A DNA stretch of 41,817 bases from Raillietiella orientalis (taxonomy: Eukaryota), in NCBI GenBank assembly GCA_036172245.1, contig JAYWIR010000010.1, positions 4,960,001-5,001,817 of the forward strand. Direction: 5' to 3'. The notes under the pieces are model-generated. The model worked only from the letters and a program-made list of their open reading frames with translations, did no database searches and was not told the origin of the DNA. Every line of letters begins with the position of its first letter. Position 1 is the first letter of the stretch. Both the position numbers and the translations under genes were made by a program. This document shows positions 34,169 to 41,817 of the stretch, in pieces.

Positions 34169-37100
34169 ATTGTGGAAAATGAACTAACAGAGGTGGTGGA
34201 AGGAATGCCGCGAAGGATGTGCGCAGACTCGCCAGGTTCGCTGGTCCGCAGCAGAATTGCAGAAGGACAAGCAAGAACGGGAAGAAAATGAAAAAGTAAA
34301 TAGGAAGAAATGGGGGGAAGACGCTTGGAAGGGATCGCTGCCTGTTCCTCTGCATCTTTCCTAAGGTGCCGGCGGGGTGTTGCTGAACGCTTCCCAGCTG
34401 CGACCATGTTAATGCTTTTCGTGGGAAGCAAATGGCCACGCGGAACGATGGCGCGTCCGTGTCTCCCAGGCGTCGCTGCAGGCCGCCACGATCCGGCTCT
34501 AGCCGCAATGAGCTGCTAGGGACGCGGCTGTCGGTAGATGCATCACTTCCAAACGCTCCTGCAATTGTCCCCGGTATCCCGAGGGTGGGCACAAAGTTTA
34601 ACCACCAGGAAGCCTGAGAGCCATTCAGCTGCGGGCGGATCCGCGCTCTGCGTGCCGGCTATAGTTGGGGCTCCCACACAAACCCGGGTCCAGTGAAGTC
34701 GGAGGAGGTTTGAAGAGAAACAAATCCAGTGCAACAGCAGAATCGCCGAATACGAAACCAAAAAGGCAAGATGTAAGTGTTCTCAGGAGGACTGGGGACC
34801 ATCGGTAGTCTCGCCGGGGAATAGCCAAGAGCTCGCGGCTGCGAAGACGTAGGGCATTTATACCATGAGTCGCTGTAGATCAACTACCCAAGTCTTTCTT
34901 CTTGAGTTGAACTTCACGAGACTCCACCTTCTTGGCATGCTGCTGCCCAAGAAGCTCCCTCAGGCATCATTGCCGCGTGGGAGCTTCAATCCAGGCTCAG
35001 CTCCCTTGCCACGATGCACGACTGTTTCCTGGAGGCAGAAATTGTTACAGAAGCAGTACAGCAACCGCCGCCGTTACTCCGGGCCCGTCTGCTTGCTATT
35101 CGCCCGCGTGCCCAGTTTCCTGCAAGCAAACGCTACCGTTCGCGGGGCGATCCTGCTGGAGGTCCAGCTGCTCTTCCTGGTCGGCGAGACGTGATGCGAA
35201 GCGCGCAGTGGGCCACGTTGGACAGCATGCCGAGCATACCAAGAAGGTCGATGCGATTTTTTCGCAAGGATGGCCGTCGAAGGCAGAACGAACTCGAGTG
35301 CAAACGTTGGAATGTCTTCGTACCCTTTTGATGAGACCGATCAGGTGTGAGAAAATCCGAACGCGGAGGAAAGCGTGTATTCCATCTTCTCCAGGTGTTG
35401 ACCGTATGCGCCTTGCGCCGCGTCAGAAAACACGCAGGAGAGCTGTCCTGCTCCGGCGCTGCAAGACGGCCCCGGATCGTCGGCAATCCGAGGAACAGGG
35501 TCGTGCAAACCGCCTTCGCTTTTTTCGCAGCGCCTGCCTTTTTTGCAACGGAGGAGGGTGCTGAATGCCGGCTGTGCCCTCTCCTGCCTCAGACTGCTTG
35601 GCAACGAATGACGTCGTGCAGAGCGGAGGCAGCAGCCACCTCGAGAGCTAGCTCGTTTCTCCGGGAACGTCTGCCGCGCACAATCTTCGCTTCGATCTTC
35701 CTCGGCCATCAGGGAACCTTTCTGCGCGCAAGCCTGCGCCGAACTGCGTGCGCAGTGGCGCGACAACGCGCGTGTCTGCGACAAGAAAGGAACACTTGTT
35801 CCCGAATGGCGATTCCGGAGATGGAGGCCGCGTTTACGGAACGGAAGAGTTGCCCGGTCACAGGAAGCCGTCTATACGGTTTTGCGAAACGACACATTCG
35901 CACAACGCTGCTGCTGGCCGTTTCATTTCCTCCCTCCGTTCAAGCAAACCTTCGCTACGCGCACGTTCTCCGCACCAGAAATGCTGCCGCTTCACCCTTC
36001 CCAGCTGGCACCTCTGCAGCACTTCTTCATCGTGCATCCTTTCTTGTGGGTCGCGCGCATACACCAGTTTCACCCATCCATCACAAGATGACGCATCTCT
36101 GCTGATCTTCGCAGAACCTCTATCGTGAAGCCCGTTTCGCTCGAGCCTCGTTTCCACCGAGATGGGCAAGAAGGTAGGCAGCGCAGTTGCACAGCGAAAA
36201 AGCGCAGGTGCGAAATGCGCCAGCTCACTTGCCATGCATTTTCTCCTTCGCGTCACACGGATTTCCTGCTGCGTTTCACGCCGTCGTATGCACCGTCACA
36301 GCAAACGTTTCCATGCAAATGAAGCAGCAGGAGAGAGTCCGCTTCCACCGACCTCGCTTGCCCCCGCACCGTTTCGCATGTCGAGCACAGGCTAGAACGC
36401 CGTGACCAGCAAGCAAGCTGTTGCCATCAGGCAGTGGAACGCTGGCTGCCGGTGCGTGCCTGCCGCATCCAACGATTTTTCCTTGGGTTCGTGCGGTGGT
36501 ATCCGTCATCGGCGGCAAGCTCCCACGTGGAGCGCATCGCGCTTCTGCAAGCACGCTCTTGCTGCGCGTTCAGCCGTGTGCGGCGGGGCGGCGCCGCGTT
36601 GCTGGCGATCTTACCGGGAAGAAGGGAGGAGAAGGCAGGGAAACGAAGGACGTCGGACAGGTGGACTGCCAGTCTAACGTGGCGTCGCACGGAAAGTCCG
36701 GAACAGTCCACAAATACTGATGTAAGAAACACGCAAAAAGTGTGAGAACGAGACGATGACAGGGGTTTCCGCGTTCGACCGTTCCCTGCAAGCGGAACCG
36801 GCGCTGCATAACGAACATCTCGCTGCTCGCTCATATCTTCTGGGAGTTCAGGCCGCCTGGCAGCCGTCGTCATGTTGACTTCAGCGAAAGAAGTGTCGTC
36901 TCGAGCAACCGCTCGAGACTCCAGCTGGTGGAGGGTTGCGAAGACAAGGCCTCCTTACGATGAGCGCATCTAACGAAAAGCGGCCAGGCGTGAAGAAGCG
37001 GCGCATCCCAATTCTTGGGCTGTCCCCCTGGAGCAGGAGCACGGATGCCACCTTCTTCGCAGTGGAGGAAAAGATGCGCGAGCGTTTCCGCACCAGTCTT

Positions 37101-37760
37101 TGAAGACGCAACTCCCCCGCAGACGATGCTTGCGCTCTGGTTGCAATGCAAGCTAACCCATGCGCCATCGGAGCGGGAACACACGCACTCGTCCACGCAC
37201 GAACGAGAGTCCACAAGTTGTTCTGGTGGCACACTGAAGAGTTCACAGCAGCGAAGGACTGCTTTGGGAACATGGCCAGGCGTGGCACCTTCTGCCGGAC
37301 TCCAGTCGCCCATGGGACGAGTTGATCCCGCCGGTAGGCAACTGTCCACTACAGCAGAAAGCGCTGCCGCAAGGGGCGTGGAGAGCCCACTTGTGCTGGT
37401 CCTGCAGCACTTCCTCCACTGGACACGATGGGGAAAGGTGCACGCAACAAAGTTCCAACACGACCACTTGCCTCGCGACGGTACCGGCGCGTGTCCCGGT
37501 TCGTCGGGCGGCAGGGGAATCAAGAGTGGGCTGCCAGGGACGAGCACGAGCTGCCCGAAGGGGAGCTCAAGAAGCCTCTCGTGGTGGCGCGCTGGGCATG
37601 CGGCAGCAACGAAAGCAGCAACTGGGGATGACCGAGAGCTTCAGGAAACCTCTTCATGAACTCGTACACCGAGTGGATTTGCAATACCCGTGCATGCCGT
37701 GCATCAACGAACGTTTCTTGGAACAGGTGCTTGGAGAACGTAACAGGTGCTCTTCGCTGA
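34169..37760 (+). pseudogene. Duox: Duox-like pseudogene, units 4/5
   Basis: Repeat of 8864-12472, including GNPRNRVVQTAFAFF and ERLPRTIFASIFLGHQGTFLRASLRR in ORF 35347..36105. The end is approximate. Confidence 0.6.
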
Positions 37761-38886
37761 GCGTTGATGTCCCTTCACGGATGTACTTGCGAAACTCCGG
37801 CCGCACGCGCCACCATCCCGCTCACCAGCCTGCTTGCTGTTGTCGCACGCAACAAGCAGAGCATGCGCCAACGAACCGTGTCTTTGAGGCAAGCGCGCGT
37901 TCCACGCACCGCTGCTGCGCTGAACAAAAAATCCGACGCCTATTCCGTCCTTCGCGATTCGCCCAACGGGCGTGTGCTGCGCTGATCCCGACGCTCGTAC
38001 GGGATGTACGGGAAGGGCCGGTGCACAAGTGCGAGGATATTCCAGGGAACGGAACGCGCACGCCTTGGATGGTCACAACGTACAAACGACGAAAGACTGT
38101 CGCTAGACGGGACGAGAAAAGAGGAAAGCGACGAACGGGCCGAATTGTTCCCGAGAATGGGGAACAGCGAAGATCGAGCCAAAGTGGGAGCGTGGGCGTG
38201 CGAGAAACGCTCCCGTTTCGCTTCCTTCGCACTTTTCTGCGCATGAGCGTGCAACGAACCAGGATGAAGTGGCACTCGCCCAAGGCATTGCTCGAGCGTC
38301 GGTTGTGTGACGTGAGCACGGCCACCTCTCACTTCGACAACGATTCCCGTTGCTTAGCAAAGGAGATTTTTCCTGACGGAAGAATTTGCTGTGTGCTGCT
38401 TGCGAATTCGGTTGTCGGATCGACTCGCGCATTTCGTGGAAGAGATCGCAACTCGGAGTATCGTACTGCTGCGTAATCCAGCGCTTATCTACTTTTGCGT
38501 CTACTTGTGAATTCGGAAGTTCGTAGCGGATAGCGAATCCATCCCAACCGGAAGTAATTCGCATCCCTGCGAATCCGGAGCTTCGGATTCGGTTCCGAAA
38601 CCAAACGGAAAGCGAGTCTTGTCGCTCGTGACCCCGGAAAAAAAAACATCTCGCCTATCCTGCCGCCGAGGTATCCAGGAAGGATTACCGTACTGCCAAC
38701 TTAGAAAAGCCAGTGGCTGTAAGGTAGCAGGAAAGGAAAGCAGATCTAGAAACAAAGCTGAGCACCGGTAAGATGAATGCGAGGTCCGTGAGAATGTGGG
38801 AAATCAATCCTGTGGTGCACGTGTGACGCAGGAAGTGATTCGTGGCTTGTGCACGACTTCCAGGTCGAGTCCCTCGCAATTGGGAG

Positions 38887-41817
38887 ATGTGCTCAGCCTG
38901 GATTGGCATGTCTTCCTTGCGTATCGGGAAGGAGGAGTCCGAATCGCCGAAGCAAAAAGCTTCGTTTCGGACCGCAGACACTGAGAGTCTGTACGCGAAG
39001 GCATCCTCTGCGACCGTGTCTTCTCCGAGAATCCAGAAGCAAACGGAAGAGGAGTGGCCACCGGAGAGCAGCAGTGAGCCTTCCCGCACGAAACCCAAGC
39101 CGAAGAGATGGCTTTGGAAGAAAGGCAAGGGCAAGATGAACGGAGCGGAGGAAGCGGGGAGCGGACCAGCCGAGACAGTATCTGTTGCGAACGGCTCCCC
39201 GACTACCGACAAAAGCTGCAAGAAGCTCGTGAAAGCAACCTCGTTCTTCAAAGGCAACCTCAATCCACAAGAGAAGGAGAGCAAGGAATGCAGAAAGAGG
39301 GGAAAAAAAGCCAGCAAGGAAGCACGAAGCGAGACAAGAAACTGAAAGATGAACAGAAGAAGAAGAGAAACGAGGAGGAGAGACAGAAAGCGAAAGAGAA
39401 ACAGGAGGAAGATCGGGAATGCAAGAAGAAATCCGGCAACAAACGGAATCGGTTGGTGCTGAAGAAGGTAAAAGTTCAGGAGCAACAGGAGACGAAGGAA
39501 CGCGTGCCTGCGAGTCGCAAAAGGCAAATGGTTCCGGGTGACGACAAGGAGGCGGCCGAAACGATTGCTTCCAAGCAGGAGCATGGAAACGGCGAACGAA
39601 CGAAGACCACGAACGAAAAGGCGAAGAAAGGAAAAACGCTAGCGTGCTTCCGGTTCTCCAAGCACAGGGGAAGGAGAACCGGAGAAGATGCGACCCTGGC
39701 AACGTCCTTGCCGGGGAACGAACCTACGAAACGCGAAGTCTCGAGCAAACTGCGAGGCAAAGACGGAGGCGGCGACGTAGCCAGGGAGCAGGAAGAGCAT
39801 TGCTGCTCGATGCTGCTCACGGAGCCCAAGCGGAACGAAGGAAGCGACTGCCGCCATTCCCGTGTCTGGGGAGTCGATGGCGCCGAACTGCCCTCGGCAG
39901 CTGTGGATGGGTGCGCAGGCACACATAGCCTCGAACTGCGAAGAAGAAAGCAGACCTCTCCAGATGGGTGGCTGGTCAGCCGCAGCGTTCAGTGCGACTA
40001 TGGAGATTAGTGCCGAGAAGGTTGGTGGAACGGGTTCTGCATTCCGGCCACTGCACACGCGTCTCCTCCCATTCGGTGCCCCGGGTGGAGTTTGCGGATG
40101 CGCGTCGCTCGTTCTGCACGTTCGCGCACGAACGTACGCGTACCTGTGCGTGGCTCGTGTGGAGCTCGCAACGCGTTTGCATGCGTTTGGTCGAGAAACT
40201 TGCTTTTTGTTCGCTTGTGCGCGAAACAAGGAAGGACGGAAAAGAAGAAGAGCCGTTGCACGTGTTCTTGACCGGAAGCCGGTAGAAGGGGTGCGCATTT
40301 CGGAAAACTGCAGGCTTGTCTGGAAAGAGCGCCGCTGCGTTGCCTTCGGGAATTTCACAGGCGCGATTTGTTCTTCAAACTCTTTCCGGAACAAGGTGGC
40401 CATTTATCCGAGTGCAAGCGGCTGCGTGAGCATTTTGTCGAGCCGAACGTTCCGGAAGCAAGGCAATTGCACTTGGGATGCGAAGAAAAGGAACGATAAT
40501 TTCCCTTCGCACGAACGTTTCGTGTGCTTCTCTCATGGCAGCGTTTCGACGTGATGGCGGTGGCGGGAGCGGTGCGCCGACGGCTTGCGAGGCACGCGTG
40601 TTGCCGTCGCGTTGTCCGATCGGTTGAATGCATGAAAAATGCTAATGAGACGCTTCTTGTTTTTCCCAAAGGGCAAATCGAGTCCGTGGTCCCGGCACTG
40701 GAATCCTTGATAACGCGATTGGAGATAGTAGCCACGGCGCTGGAAGCTGCGGCAACGGAGGCCGTGGAGCAGTCGGATGGCTTTGGTAATTGCGACTGTC
40801 CGCGTGCAATGGCTTGCTGCGTGCCCGCAAGTCCGATGTGCACGTCCGCGCTGCCTGGAATAGCCGAAATCGGCAGAGCGACGCGTGCAGCGAAGATGAG
40901 CTCCAGCAGCCATTCTCGCTTTCTGTCGACCTAACACGGCTTGGCTCATCAGCTCACAACTCACGGGTTGCTAACAGCTCGCAATGGAGAAACAGCGTGC
41001 CTTCCATCGTCCAGAATGTCGATACCTTGTTTGCCGCTGTTTCCAGAGATCAGCAATCCGTGGCTCGAAGATTACGCCCGAATTGGGAAGGGATCTTTGG
41101 CCGTCTACCGCAATCTGTCGGCCAAGATCTCGGAAGCGGTTCGCAAGCACTCGGACATGGTGCTGAAAGCATTCAAGTAAGCGCTTGTTGTTCATAAGGC
41201 CACGATGGAAGGTTCCCTCTCCTCGGTTTCCCAGTTGCTAACCATCTTTCCTTCCTGTTGCAGGATCCAGGGGCGTTTGATGCAACTAATATGCCGCTCG
41301 CAGGAACCCGACGACTCGAAAGTGCTCGACCTCCTTCAACCGCTTTCCGAGTGCATCGTGCAGATCGAGGCATTCGAGCAAAGTCAGCGCGACACCGAGA
41401 CGCATGTACACCTGTGTGTGATCAGCCAGAGTGTGGCAGCCATCCTTTGGGTGACCATGGTAGGTGGTCGGGCACGCATCCGCAAACTTTCTTTCCTTTT
41501 CGTAGAGCCCCTATCCCGCGGATGCTGTTCGAGACATGATGTTTTTATGCCGACTCCCCGTGAAGCGCGTCCTCCAGGAATGGAAGCAAAAGTGAGTTTC
41601 CGGGTCCAAGGGAAGATCGGGAAAAGATGGTGCTTGCTCGTTTCTTTCAGCGATGATCATGTGTGTTGGGTGAAGTCGTGGATGGCCGTATTGTCCGAGT
41701 TGCACAGTTTGGCGAAAACCCATCACACGACGTGGGTCCCATGGCACGCAAAAGGTGCCAGCGTTGAGGAGCACACCCCACCTCCACCCTTGCCGACCTC
41801 TTCCCACTCTCCTACGC
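38887..41817 (+). CDS. CAP: Chimeric basic-region/CAP-N gene, copy 5 (window ends just before the stop)
   Basis: Same exons. Private changes: a 9-nt in-frame deletion near 39115, a -1 deletion near 39325, TAG at 40008-40010 (TAT in the other copies), and a 9-nt in-frame deletion in exon 2. CAP exons 3-6 are open. Confidence 0.75.

Larger units (their letters stand above)
3088..41817 (+). repeat. Tandem array of an ~8.45 kb unit (4 full copies plus a partial 5th running off the right edge)
   Basis: Seen directly: the anchor tgt(c/t)gtctc recurs at 3091, 11611, 20022, 28482 and 36894, giving periods of 8520, 8411, 8460 and 8412. The ORF track repeats the same peptides at these offsets. Confidence 0.98.

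Noticed and set aside
37322..38476. 384-aa plus-strand ORF
   Set aside because: It is created by a private garbled patch near 37740-37800 that bridges frames closed in the other copies.
3088..41817. Array as a rolling-circle concatemer, rDNA, histone cluster, CRISPR array or tandem LTR element
   Set aside because: Copies share variants in subsets, so they are distinct genomic copies rather than re-reads of one circle. I saw no rRNA, histone, repeat-spacer, RT, integrase or transposase signature in the unit.

Overview
This window is eukaryotic genomic DNA, probably from an arthropod; a hard tick is my guess from the LINE 3' end and the CpG-rich composition. Positions 3088-41817 are about 4.6 head-to-tail copies of an ~8.45 kb unit, with the anchor 'tgt(c/t)gtctc' at 3091, 11611, 20022, 28482 and 36894. 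Each unit carries two things. The first is a six-exon chimeric gene: a ~380-codon Lys/Arg/Glu-rich exon spliced in frame to the N-terminal half of an adenylyl cyclase-associated protein (CAP/Srv2), ending at a TGA just before a decayed WH2 and C-terminal half. Its cross-copy consensus is about 617 aa. The second is a heavily decayed dual oxidase (Duox)-like remnant running from an EF-hand to the C-terminus. Positions 1-983 are an inverted copy of part of the unit, continuing on the minus strand into Duox EF-hand sequence that the array lacks. An AT-rich island and a decayed LINE 3' end separate the two orientations. Many indel-rich patches private to one copy, plus a (TG)28 replacement, suggest an uncorrected long read, so single-copy frameshifts are unreliable. 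All protein family calls are by-eye motif matches to sequences recalled from memory; no database search was run. Most entries in the ORF track are spurious.
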